A stretch of 41,694 bases of DNA from an uncultured Thermoplasmatales archaeon (lineage in GTDB: Archaea > Thermoplasmatota > E2 > UBA202 > DSCA01): positions 1-41,694 of the forward strand of contig CAZQNC010000001.1 in the NCBI GenBank assembly GCA_964594625.1, given 5' to 3'. A program made the translations under genes and the position numbers. Below, one piece after another: positions 7,934 through 16,168 of this stretch (its first letter is position 1; every line of letters begins with the position of its first letter). The notes beneath the pieces are model-generated. The model did no database searches. It had not been told where the DNA came from and saw only the letters and a list, made by a program, of their open reading frames with translations.

Positions 7934-8773
7934 ATGAAACATATGCGCACACCGTTTGTCGCCATCGGCCTGGCACTGGCCCTGCTGCTCCCCTTGCAGC
8001 ACGCCTCACCGCTGTCGGCAGCGCTGGGCGACAACACGCCGCCGAACCCGCCGGAGATAACCGGGCCCAGCGACGGCAGAATATGGGAGACATACACCTA
8101 CCAGTTTACGCTCACCGACCCCGACGGTGACCGGATGGAACGCCTCGAAATCAACTTCGGCGACGACAGAGAAGAAATCCTGAACTGTGGATGTACACAG
8201 CCCTACTGGCCCTCCGGGGCAACGCTCAACGTCACCCACCGGTGGACCCACCGGGGCGACTTCACCATCGAAGCCAGGGTGCGCAACGTCCGCGGCGCAT
8301 GGAGCAACTGGGGCTCCCTCCAGGTCTCCATGCCCAGGGCGCGAGCCATTGAAAGCACCCTGCACACGGTGCCCCGCAGCAGCCCGAAGGTCGAGGCGTC
8401 GATGGATGACACCACGCCCCCCACCGTGACCATCGTCACCCCCCGGGAAGGCTCCCTCCACCTCGGCGGCAAACCGGTCATGGAGCTGCCCGTTTTCCTG
8501 CCCACGATGCTCCCCGGGTCGTTTCTGTTCAACACGGGCAAGGCCCTGGTGACCGACAACGTCGACCAGCAGGACGACATCCAGGTAACCGTGTACCTTG
8601 ACGGCGAGGCCCGGGCAACCGCTGAATGGAGCCCCTGCAGCCGCTACCATGAATGGGGCCCCCTCGGCCGCGGATTCGGCTCCATGACGCTTCGCGTCGA
8701 GGCCACGGACAGCAGCGGCAACACGGGCAGCGCAGAGATGCCGGTCTGGTACTTCTGCCTCCTGCAGCAGTAG
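7934..8773 (+). CDS. secreted protein: signal peptide, PKD-like domain, C-terminal Ig-like domain
   Basis: Signal-like N-terminus MKHMRTPFVAIGLALALLLPLQHA. PKD-like module at 8039..8338 (PPEITGPSDG..ETYTYQF...DPDGD....INFGD.....H.W...G.F.I.ARV....G.WS.W..L.VSMP). The C-terminal ~120 aa has an Ig-like pattern (TPPTVTIV.P.EG.L....V.VYLDGEA....W....L.VEATDSSGNT). Confidence 0.7.
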   Translation: MKHMRTPFVAIGLALALLLPLQHASPLSAALGDNTPPNPPEITGPSDGRIWETYTYQFTLTDPDGDRMERLEINFGDDREEILNCGCTQPYWPSGATLNVTHRWTHRGDFTIEARVRNVRGAWSNWGSLQVSMPRARAIESTLHTVPRSSPKVEASMDDTTPPTVTIVTPREGSLHLGGKPVMELPVFLPTMLPGSFLFNTGKALVTDNVDQQDDIQVTVYLDGEARATAEWSPCSRYHEWGPLGRGFGSMTLRVEATDSSGNTGSAEMPVWYFCLLQQ

Positions 8774-8788
8774 CTTTTCCCCCTTTTT

Positions 8789-9322
8789 CTATCTTTTCAG
8801 CGACTGCAATACCTCCCGGTGCACGTCGTAGGCCTCCCGGTCGTACAGCACAAAGCGCACCAGGTCGAGCCCGCCGTTGTCCTCCAGCCAGTCAAGTACG
8901 GCGGGGAGCGCCACCCGGGCGGCCTGCTCCAGCGGGTAGCCGAAGGCCCCGGTGCTCAACGCCGGAAACGCAATGCTGGACAGGCCGTGCTCCCGGGCGA
9001 GCTGCAGCGCGTTATGGTAGCATGCCGCCAGCAGCTCAGCGTCGCGCTGTCTTCCCGAGTACACGGGCCCCACGGTGTGGATGACATAGCTGGCGGACAG
9101 ATGGTAGCCCTGGGTTATCTTCGCTTCGCCGGTTCGGCAGCCCGCCAGCTCTTTGCATTCCTCCCAGAGTTCGTGGCCGGCCGCCCGATGGATGGCACCG
9201 GCCACGCCGCCGCCCGGAGCCAGCCGCTTGTTGGCCGCGTTGACAACCGCGTCGGTTTCCTGCAGGGTGATGTCGCCGACGGTGAGCTCCAGCCGGGCGT
9301 CGCCGGCAGATACGTGTTCCAT
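8789..9322 (-). CDS. macro domain protein (O-acetyl-ADP-ribose deacetylase / ADP-ribose-binding, YmdB-like)
   Basis: GDIT...TDAVVNAAN..L..GGGVAGAIHRAAG; YVIHTVGPVY; SIAFPALSTGAFGYP. Confidence 0.9.
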   Translation of the reverse strand: MEHVSAGDARLELTVGDITLQETDAVVNAANKRLAPGGGVAGAIHRAAGHELWEECKELAGCRTGEAKITQGYHLSASYVIHTVGPVYSGRQRDAELLAACYHNALQLAREHGLSSIAFPALSTGAFGYPLEQAARVALPAVLDWLEDNGGLDLVRFVLYDREAYDVHREVLQSLKR

Positions 9323-9398
9323 GGGCCTGGAGCGGCATCCCGGTATAAAAAAATAGTGCAGGGCAACATATCATATATCCCCAGCGCATTACGTGGTA

Positions 9399-10448
9399 AT
9401 GGAACGCGTGACAGGTGATAACGGGGAACACGCACGCTGTCGGCTGTGCGGTCTGGAAAGCCGGCATATCTCGGCCGCGCTCGGCGTCTGCCGTTCCTGC
9501 ATCAGGGAGCAGCCCGACGCATCCCTCCGGCTCACCGAGACGGCACATGCCCACATGCGAAAAACAGACGGGCTGCCGGCAAAGCCGCCCGACGGGGGCT
9601 CCGTCCAGTGCACCGTATGCGCCAACGGCTGCGCCATCGGATACGGCGAAGCGGGCTACTGCGGTCTCCGGGAAAACGTTCGCGACCTGCTGATAGAACG
9701 CCAGGGCATCGTCCGCACGCAGTACGTCTCGGCTCCGGGAGCCTGCCCCGGGGCATCGTCATGCGACGCCGAAGGATACAGCCTCAACGTCTTCGTCTAC
9801 GGCTGCAGCTTCGACTGCCTGTACTGCCCCCATCCCGGGCACCGGCACCTCGACGAGGTCAAACGCCTTGGCGTTCCCACCCTGCAGCAGCTCGCCCGGC
9901 AGGCAGCCTGCATCCGCTTCTACGGCGGAGCGCCCGAGCCACAGCTTCCCTTCCTCCTCGAGGTCACAGAACGCATCCTCGAACGGGTAACGCCGCACAT
10001 ATGCTGGGAGCTCAACGGCAGCGCCGCCCCGGATCTCACCCGCCGGGCCACGCAGCATGCCGCTGCATCAGGCGGCACCATCACCATAAAAATCATGGCC
10101 AGAGATGCAGCGCTCCACCGGGCGCTGACCGGGCGGAGCAACCGGCGCACCCTCGCCTCCTTCGAGATGCTGGCCGGCGATTTCGATGCATCGGTGCTGG
10201 CGGCGGCGACGCCGCTGGTCCCCGGCTACATCGACGCGGACGAAGTGGCGGCCATCGCCTCGTTTATCGCCTCGTGCAATCCCGACATATCCTATCTTTT
10301 GCTGCCCGTGGCGCCGGGGTCTGTCTCCCGTGGCCTGCCGCCGACGAGCCATGAGCAGGCCGAAGCATGCCGGGCGGCAGCGGCAAAATATTTAAACCGC
10401 GTGCACATTTGCACACCGGCATCCGCAGGGGTAAAAAACCTCCTGTAG
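9399..10448 (+). CDS. radical SAM enzyme, PflA/AmmeMemoRadiSam-like activase architecture with an extra N-terminal CxxC-x13-CxxC zinc ribbon
   Basis: CRLCG-x13-CRSC, then VQCTVCANGCAIGYGEAGYCGLREN (Cys-rich pre-domain typical of this activase group), then the radical SAM CX3CX2C motif YGCSFDCLYCPH. Confidence 0.75.
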   Translation: MERVTGDNGEHARCRLCGLESRHISAALGVCRSCIREQPDASLRLTETAHAHMRKTDGLPAKPPDGGSVQCTVCANGCAIGYGEAGYCGLRENVRDLLIERQGIVRTQYVSAPGACPGASSCDAEGYSLNVFVYGCSFDCLYCPHPGHRHLDEVKRLGVPTLQQLARQAACIRFYGGAPEPQLPFLLEVTERILERVTPHICWELNGSAAPDLTRRATQHAAASGGTITIKIMARDAALHRALTGRSNRRTLASFEMLAGDFDASVLAAATPLVPGYIDADEVAAIASFIASCNPDISYLLLPVAPGSVSRGLPPTSHEQAEACRAAAAKYLNRVHICTPASAGVKNLL

Positions 10449-10471
10449 AGGGCGGATGCGACACCCTTATC

Positions 10472-10479
10472 TTTATATA
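10472..10479 (+). promoter_or_regulatory. candidate TATA box (TTTATATA) of the ribosomal protein operon
   Basis: Only AT-rich block in the 76-nt spacer upstream of rpl3. An SD-like AGGTGA at 10516..10521 precedes ATG 10525. Confidence 0.5.
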
Positions 10480-10524
10480 CATGATTGTATATTTGGGTAA
10501 AAGTTTCCCCCCATCAGGTGAACA

Positions 10525-11505
10525 ATGCCAGAAAAACATCATCCGAGACGAGGTTCACACGGCTATTCGCCACGCAAGCGCTCGCAGTCCGCAGTAGCAC
10601 GCATCCATTCCTGGCCCGAGGGCGGCAGCGAGCCCCGGCTGCAGGGATTCGCCGGCTACAAGGCAGGCATGACCCACGTGCTGCTCGTAGACTACCGGCC
10701 GACATCGACGACCTCCGGCCGCGAAGTCCAGGTGCCCGTCACCGTCGTCGAGGTCCCGCCGCTCAAGATAGCCGCGGTGCGCCTGTACCGCGACACCCCC
10801 TACGGTCTCCAGACCGCGACGGAGCAATGGGCCGACAATCTCGACGACCTCAACGGAAAACTCCCCATGTCGGAAAACGGGGGCGGCAGCCTGGAGGCAG
10901 ACACCATCGACGACGTCCGCGTCATCGCGCACACCATGCCCCGCATGGTCACCGGCGTGCCCAAAAAAATACCGGAGCTCATGGAACTCCGGGTGGGCGG
11001 CGGCGACATCGAGGCGCGGGTTGAACACGCGAAGGGCCTGCTCGGCAGCGACGTCAACGTAGCCGACATCTACGGCGAGGGCACCATGGTCGACATCGCG
11101 GCCGTCACAAAGGGAAAAGGATTCCAGGGTTCACCAAAGCGATTCGGCGTCAAGCTACTGACCCACAAAAACCGGAAACACCGGCGGCAGGCCGGCACCC
11201 TGGGTCCCTGGCTCACCTGGGTCCGCTCCACGGTGCCGCAGGCCGGGCAGATGGGATATCACCCGCGGGTCGAATACAACAAACGCATTCTCAAGATCGG
11301 CGACGACGGCGACGACATCACCCCCGACGGGGGCTTCAAACACTACGGCGTCGTCCGCAACAACTACATCATCATCCACGGGTCCATCCCGGGCCCGGCG
11401 AAGCGCCTCATCCGCATGCGGGACGCCATCCGCTACCAGAAGGGCGTAGAAGTAGAAAAACCGGAAATCACCTACATTTCCACCACGAGCAAGCAGGGGA
11501 TATAA
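10525..11505 (+). CDS. rpl3: 50S ribosomal protein uL3
   Basis: N-terminus HHPRRGSHGYSPRKR, FAGYKAGMTHV, GKGFQG..KRFG, GQMGYH.R. First gene of the conserved operon order. Confidence 0.95.
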   Translation: MPEKHHPRRGSHGYSPRKRSQSAVARIHSWPEGGSEPRLQGFAGYKAGMTHVLLVDYRPTSTTSGREVQVPVTVVEVPPLKIAAVRLYRDTPYGLQTATEQWADNLDDLNGKLPMSENGGGSLEADTIDDVRVIAHTMPRMVTGVPKKIPELMELRVGGGDIEARVEHAKGLLGSDVNVADIYGEGTMVDIAAVTKGKGFQGSPKRFGVKLLTHKNRKHRRQAGTLGPWLTWVRSTVPQAGQMGYHPRVEYNKRILKIGDDGDDITPDGGFKHYGVVRNNYIIIHGSIPGPAKRLIRMRDAIRYQKGVEVEKPEITYISTTSKQGI

Positions 11506-12266
11506 TGAAGGCAAAGGTATATGGACTCGACGGCACCGTCACCGACGAACGCACGCTTCCCGCAGCATTCGAACAGGGATACCGCCCCGACGTCATACGG
11601 AAAGCGTTCAACGTGATGCGCGCCAACGCACGCCAGCCATACGGCGTCAACGAACGAGCCGGCAAACAGCACCCCGTCGAGCCCTGGTCACCGGGACGAG
11701 GCGTCTCACGCGTCCCCCGCCTGACCCAGGGACGACGAGCCGCGTTCATGCCCGGCACTGTCGGCGGCCGAACGGCGCATCCCCCCAAACCAGAGAAAAA
11801 CTGGGGCAAAAAAATCAACAAAAAAGAAAAAGCGCTCGCCCGGTATGCAGCCCTTGCGGCCACCGCCAGCCCTGAGCTGGTGGCGAAGCGAGGCCACCGT
11901 TTCGGCGAAGACGTAACACTGCCGCTCGTGGTCGACAGCGCATTCGAACAGCTCACCAGGACCAAGGACATGATCGAGGCGCTGCAAAAACTCGGCGTCT
12001 ACGACGACGTGGAGCGAGCCCGGCAGGGGCGCCACATCCGGGCCGGCACGGGAAAACGGCGCGGGCGAAAATACAAGACACCTCGTTCCATCCTGATTGT
12101 GGCCGGCGACACGGAAAACGTTAAAAAAGCCGCCGGTAATTTAATAGGAGTGGACGTCGTGACGCCACAGCAACTCAACGTACTGCATCTCGCCCCCGGA
12201 GGAGACCCGGGTAGGCTTACCATTTTCACCGTCAACGCGCTGGAACACATGGAGGACATGCAATGA
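11505..12266 (+). CDS. rpl4: 50S ribosomal protein uL4
   Basis: Position after uL3 (the start overlaps the uL3 stop). GRGVSRVPR, R.GTGKRRGRKYK, and a 253-aa length typical of archaeal L4. Confidence 0.95.
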   Translation: MKAKVYGLDGTVTDERTLPAAFEQGYRPDVIRKAFNVMRANARQPYGVNERAGKQHPVEPWSPGRGVSRVPRLTQGRRAAFMPGTVGGRTAHPPKPEKNWGKKINKKEKALARYAALAATASPELVAKRGHRFGEDVTLPLVVDSAFEQLTRTKDMIEALQKLGVYDDVERARQGRHIRAGTGKRRGRKYKTPRSILIVAGDTENVKKAAGNLIGVDVVTPQQLNVLHLAPGGDPGRLTIFTVNALEHMEDMQ

Positions 12267-12520
12267 ATCCCTACGACGTGGTCCTGCATCCATACGTGAC
12301 CGAGAAATCGATGCTCCTGATGGAGGACAACAACGCACTGCAGTTCGCGGTCAAGATGGAAGCGAACAAGAAAGAGATTAAGAGCGCCGTCGAGCAGATG
12401 TTCGATGTCGAGGTGGCGAAGGTGACCACCCGCATCGCCAAGGATGGAAAGCTGGCGGTTGTAACGCTCACACCTGAACATGAGGCGGAAGACATCGCCA
12501 TGAGAGTCGGTATATTCTAA
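12263..12520 (+). CDS. rpl23: 50S ribosomal protein uL23
   Basis: 85 aa. ATGA overlap with rpl4. HPYVTEKSM...N.L.F.V...ANK.EIK.AVE..F.V.V..V.T. Confidence 0.95.
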   Translation: MNPYDVVLHPYVTEKSMLLMEDNNALQFAVKMEANKKEIKSAVEQMFDVEVAKVTTRIAKDGKLAVVTLTPEHEAEDIAMRVGIF

Positions 12521-12528
12521 GTGATACA

Positions 12529-13236
12529 ATGGGAAAGCGATTGATACACCAACGGAGAGGCTCTGCGCGCTCACGCTCGCATTACAGGAGCCCGTCGTTC
12601 AAGCACAAAGGCCCGGTTGCCTATCCCTCGCTGGAGGAAACAGAGGGCGTTGTCCGGGATATCATACACAACCCGGGTACGTCGTCCCCGCTCGCCGTCG
12701 TTGAGACGAGCGATGGCAGCAGGTTTACCATGCTCGCCCCCGAGGGGATTGCATCCGGGGAGACCGTCAGGTTCACCGAGAGAAGCATTCTCAAACCCGG
12801 CAACGTGCTGCCGTTGTCCTCGATACCCGAGGGTACGCCCGTCTACAACATCGAAAGCAACCCGGGCGACGGCGGAAAATTCGCCCGCTCGGGCGGCAAC
12901 CATGCCAGCATCGTGGGACACGGCAAAAACGTCATCGTGAAACTGCCATCCGGGGCACAGAAAAAACTGCATCCCCGATGCCGGGCCACCATCGGCGTGG
13001 CAGCCGGCGGCGGCCGAAACGAAAAGCCGTTCATGAAAGCCGGCAAACGTCATCACGCGCTTCGCTCCCGGGGCGGCATCTATCCACGGGTGCGCGGCGT
13101 GGCGATGAACCCCGTCGACCATCCCCACGGCGGAGGTGCCCATCAGCACGTGGGCAAGTCATCGACCGTCAGCCGGAATGCGCCCCCGGGACGAAAGGTG
13201 GGCAGCATAGCGGCACGGAGGACCGGAAAGAAGTGA
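12529..13236 (+). CDS. rpl2: 50S ribosomal protein uL2
   Basis: GNV.PL..IPEGT.V.NIE..PGDGGK.ARS.G..A, MNPVDHPHGGG. Confidence 0.95.
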   Translation: MGKRLIHQRRGSARSRSHYRSPSFKHKGPVAYPSLEETEGVVRDIIHNPGTSSPLAVVETSDGSRFTMLAPEGIASGETVRFTERSILKPGNVLPLSSIPEGTPVYNIESNPGDGGKFARSGGNHASIVGHGKNVIVKLPSGAQKKLHPRCRATIGVAAGGGRNEKPFMKAGKRHHALRSRGGIYPRVRGVAMNPVDHPHGGGAHQHVGKSSTVSRNAPPGRKVGSIAARRTGKK

Positions 13237-13240
13237 TATC

Positions 13241-13672
13241 ATGGCACGGAGAAGCAGACGAAGGAAGAAAAAACTTGACCTGGGCGCGAAAAAGGAGTTT
13301 ACCTATCGAGGCCTGAGCGTCGACGAGATGAAGGAGCTGTCAGTCGACGAGTTCCTGCAGCATCTACCGGCGCGGAAGCGACGCAGCCTGACACGCGGTA
13401 TGACCCGGGAGCAGCACAAGCTCCTGCAAAAGGTGAAAGACGCCGACGACGGCGACATCATCCGCACGCATCTCAGGGACATGGTCGTCCTCCCCCCGTT
13501 CTTCGACCACGAGCTAGCGGTGCACAACGGCACCGAGTACGTTCGCGTCAAGATTCAGCCCGAAATGGTCGGGCATTACCTCGGCGAGTTCGCCAGAACG
13601 CGCAAGGAAGTGAAGCACACCGGACCGGGACTGGGAGCCACGCGCTCCTCCAAGTTCCTGCCCCTGAAGTGA
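13241..13672 (+). CDS. rps19: 30S ribosomal protein uS19
   Basis: F.YRG....L......EF..L..AR.RRSL.RG; HNG..Y..V.I.PEM.GHYLGEFA.TRK.V.H..PG. Confidence 0.95.
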   Translation: MARRSRRRKKKLDLGAKKEFTYRGLSVDEMKELSVDEFLQHLPARKRRSLTRGMTREQHKLLQKVKDADDGDIIRTHLRDMVVLPPFFDHELAVHNGTEYVRVKIQPEMVGHYLGEFARTRKEVKHTGPGLGATRSSKFLPLK

Positions 13673-13676
13673 TACC

Positions 13677-14120
13677 ATGAGCTATTCAGCACACAGAAAC
13701 CCGGAGAAAAGCGCTCGCGCCCATGGCAGCGAGCTGCACTGCTCGCCGAAGCATTCACAGAACATCATGCGGGCCATCAAGGGCATGTCCATCGAGGAGG
13801 CAAAACAGTTCCTTGAGGACGTCATCGCCAAGAAGCGGGCGGTCCCGTTCACCACGCACAACCGCGACGTCTCACATCGCAAGGGCATGGGGCCCGGCGC
13901 GTATCCGGAGAAGGCGTCGAAGAACATCCTGCGCATCCTGAAAAACGCGGAGAACAACGCCGAGTACAAGGGGCTGGACACGGAAAACATGGTTATCTCG
14001 CATGCCTCCGCCTACAAGGGACAGAAAATCGAGGGCATGATGCCCCGCGCATTCGGCAGGTCGAGCCCAAAAAACAAGCAGACCACCAATGCAGAACTTA
14101 TCGTAGAGGAGAAAGAATAA
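13677..14120 (+). CDS. rpl22: 50S ribosomal protein uL22
   Basis: A.G..L..SPKHS..I.RAIKGM...EA..FLE.V; PF..HN..V.HRKG; conserved operon position. Confidence 0.95.
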   Translation: MSYSAHRNPEKSARAHGSELHCSPKHSQNIMRAIKGMSIEEAKQFLEDVIAKKRAVPFTTHNRDVSHRKGMGPGAYPEKASKNILRILKNAENNAEYKGLDTENMVISHASAYKGQKIEGMMPRAFGRSSPKNKQTTNAELIVEEKE

Positions 14121-14121
14121 T

Positions 14122-15123
14122 ATGGCCATCGAGCGAAAGTTCGTCCAGGAAGGAGCGAAACGGATGCTTATCAGGGAATATCTGGAACACGAAACCGAGC
14201 GAGCCGGCTTCGGCGGCCTGGAGATACAGCGCACGCCGCTCGGCACCCTGCTCTCGCTGTCGACGGAGCGACCGGGCATCGTCATCGGCCGCGGCGGCAA
14301 AAACGTGAAAGCGCTCACCCAGAACCTCGAGGACCATTTCGGGCTGGAAAACCCGCAGCTGGAGGTCGAGGAAATCGGCAACCAGGCCCCGCTCAACGGG
14401 CAGATTATGGCCCAGAAGGTCGCTTCGGCGCTGGAGCGCGGCTGGCATTTCCGCCGCGTGGGCCATTCCACGGTCCGCCGTATCATGGGGTCGGGGGCGC
14501 GTGGCTGCCAGGTCATCATCTCCGGCAAGATTACCGGGTCGCGCCATCGAACCGAGAAGTTTACCAAGGGCCACGTCAAGTACTGCGGCGAGGTCGCCAG
14601 CGAGGTCATGGACGAGGGCATCGCGGTGGCCAAGAAAAAAGCCGGCGTGCTGGGCGTCAAGGTCCGCATCATGCGGCCGGACGCGAAGATGCCCGACGAA
14701 GTGGAAATCGTGCATGAGCCCGAGGAGCAGGAGGAGACGGCGGAGCCGGTTGCGGAGGAGACGGAGGAGAAGGCAACGGAGCCATCTGAGAAGCCGAAGG
14801 AAAAACCCGCGGAGAAAAAGCCGGCGAAGAAAAAGCGGCAGAAGAAGCAGAAAAAGCAGAAGCCGGCACCGGAGGAAACGAAGGAGCCGGCACCGGAGGA
14901 AACGAAGGAGCCGGCACCGGAGGCATCCCCGATGGATGAGCTCAACCTGAAGGATATCACCGGCATCGGCGGCAGCATGATGAAGCGGCTGCAGAAGGCC
15001 GGTATCGAGGACGTCCGGGAGCTCTACGAGATGAGCATTGACGACCTTACAGAGGTGAAAGGCATCGGTGTCAAGAAGGCGAAACAGCTTAAGAAGGCAA
15101 TTGAAACGGCGGTGAACCAGTGA
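14122..15123 (+). CDS. rps3: 30S ribosomal protein uS3 with a ~135-aa C-terminal extension (charged linker plus tandem helix-hairpin-helix module)
   Basis: KH domain GIVIGRGGKNVK and S3_C RRVGHSTVRRIMGSGARGCQVIISGK in residues 1-197. The extension is described under findings. The stop overlaps the rpl29 start. Confidence 0.9.
   Translation: MAIERKFVQEGAKRMLIREYLEHETERAGFGGLEIQRTPLGTLLSLSTERPGIVIGRGGKNVKALTQNLEDHFGLENPQLEVEEIGNQAPLNGQIMAQKVASALERGWHFRRVGHSTVRRIMGSGARGCQVIISGKITGSRHRTEKFTKGHVKYCGEVASEVMDEGIAVAKKKAGVLGVKVRIMRPDAKMPDEVEIVHEPEEQEETAEPVAEETEEKATEPSEKPKEKPAEKKPAKKKRQKKQKKQKPAPEETKEPAPEETKEPAPEASPMDELNLKDITGIGGSMMKRLQKAGIEDVRELYEMSIDDLTEVKGIGVKKAKQLKKAIETAVNQ
14863..14923 (+). repeat. 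perfect 24-bp tandem repeat, 2.5 copies (ccggcaccggaggaaacgaaggag), encoding PAPEETKE repeats inside rps3
   Basis: Read directly: 14863..14886 is identical to 14887..14910, and a third partial copy runs to 14923. Confidence 0.95.
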
Positions 15124-15320
15124 AGCCATCTGACATGCGAGACATGGATAGCAGTGAACGCCAGGAGCAGCTTGCAGACTGGCGGAACGAGCTGATGGAG
15201 GAATACGGTCGGGCGGCCATGGGCGGCTCACCGCAGTCACCGGGCCGCATCCGGTGGATTCGCCGCAACATCGCTCGAATGCTGACCATTATGCAGGAGG
15301 AAGGAGAACTGAATGAGTGA
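15120..15320 (+). CDS. rpl29: 50S ribosomal protein uL29
   Basis: 66 aa, typical L29 coiled pattern (R.M...E....L..WR.EL.......A.GG....PGRIR.IRR.IAR..T). GTG start overlaps the rps3 stop (GTGA). ATG 15135 is an alternative start. Confidence 0.9.
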   Translation: MKPSDMRDMDSSERQEQLADWRNELMEEYGRAAMGGSPQSPGRIRWIRRNIARMLTIMQEEGELNE

Positions 15321-15612
15321 GATTTGTCCTGTCTGTGGCCTGCCTGAAGAGTTATGTGTCTGCGAGAACATCGCCCGGGAAGGACAGGAGATAACGATTT
15401 ACACTGAAAAACGACGCTATGGAAAAATGATGACCGTGATAGAAGGACTCGACGACGCCGACATCGACATCGAGGGACTGGGCAAGGAGCTCAAAAAATG
15501 CTGTGCGTGCGGCGGGACCGTCAAGGACCGCAGGATAGAGCTGCAGGGCAGTCACACGCAGCGGGTACGGGAACGACTGGAAGAACTTGGATTTGCCGTT
15601 GACGTGGAATGA
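15313..15612 (+). CDS. translation initiation factor aSUI1 (eIF1 homologue)
   Basis: CP.CG.P...C.C, I..EKRRYGK.MT.I.GL, L.K.LK...ACGGTVK...IELQG.H...V...L...GF. Confidence 0.9.
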   Translation: MSEICPVCGLPEELCVCENIAREGQEITIYTEKRRYGKMMTVIEGLDDADIDIEGLGKELKKCCACGGTVKDRRIELQGSHTQRVRERLEELGFAVDVE

Positions 15613-15860
15613 TGCACAGGAAAACATTTATGAAACATGAGTTCATAGGCCTCCCGATACGGGTAGCGGATGCCGCAGACCCCACGCTGCAGGGCGTGGC
15701 AGGTACCATCATCGACGAAACCAAAAACACGTTCGTCATCCGGAACGACGGCACCAAGCGGGTGCCGAAACACCATACAACGTTTGAGATAGACGGCACG
15801 GAAGTACGCGGCGACGACATCGCCTACCGGCCTGAAGACAGAATAAGGAAGATAAAATGA
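15609..15860 (+). CDS. rnp1: RNase P protein component 1 (Rpp29/Pop4 homologue)
   Basis: EFIGLPIRV......TLQGVAGTIIDETKNTFVI. Conserved position between L29/SUI1 and S17. ATGA overlaps at both ends. Confidence 0.85.
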   Translation: MMHRKTFMKHEFIGLPIRVADAADPTLQGVAGTIIDETKNTFVIRNDGTKRVPKHHTTFEIDGTEVRGDDIAYRPEDRIRKIK

Positions 15861-16168
15861 TTGGAGTTGACGTAAAAGAACCGGAACGCGAATGCACCGA
15901 CCGCAACTGCCCGTTTCACGGCAGGCTGCCGGTCCGCGGCGTCGCCCTCACCGGCACGGTGGTGTCGACGGCGATGGACAAGACCGTCGTGGTGCGCAAG
16001 CAGCGGATGCATCGCGTGCCGAAATATCAGCGGTACGAGAAACGGTCCAGCCGGTACAAGGCACATCTGCCGGGCTGCATCGACGTGGAAAAAGGCGACC
16101 AGGTGACGATCATGGAATGCCGCCCGTTGAGTAAAACGGTGTCGTTCGTCGTGGTGGAGAAACAATGA
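15857..16168 (+). CDS. rps17: 30S ribosomal protein uS17
   Basis: C.D..CPFHG.L..RG..L.G.VVS..M.KTVVV; KY.RYEKR.S...AH.P.C..V..GD.V.I.ECRPLSKT. Confidence 0.95.
   Translation: MIGVDVKEPERECTDRNCPFHGRLPVRGVALTGTVVSTAMDKTVVVRKQRMHRVPKYQRYEKRSSRYKAHLPGCIDVEKGDQVTIMECRPLSKTVSFVVVEKQ

Noticed and set aside
13872-15240. 368-aa and 380-aa minus-strand ORFs with Ser/Phe/Leu/Arg-rich repeats
   Set aside because: They mirror the rpl22/rps3 coding region and its K/E-rich repeat. The low-complexity content is the reverse-complement reading of the uS3 linker.
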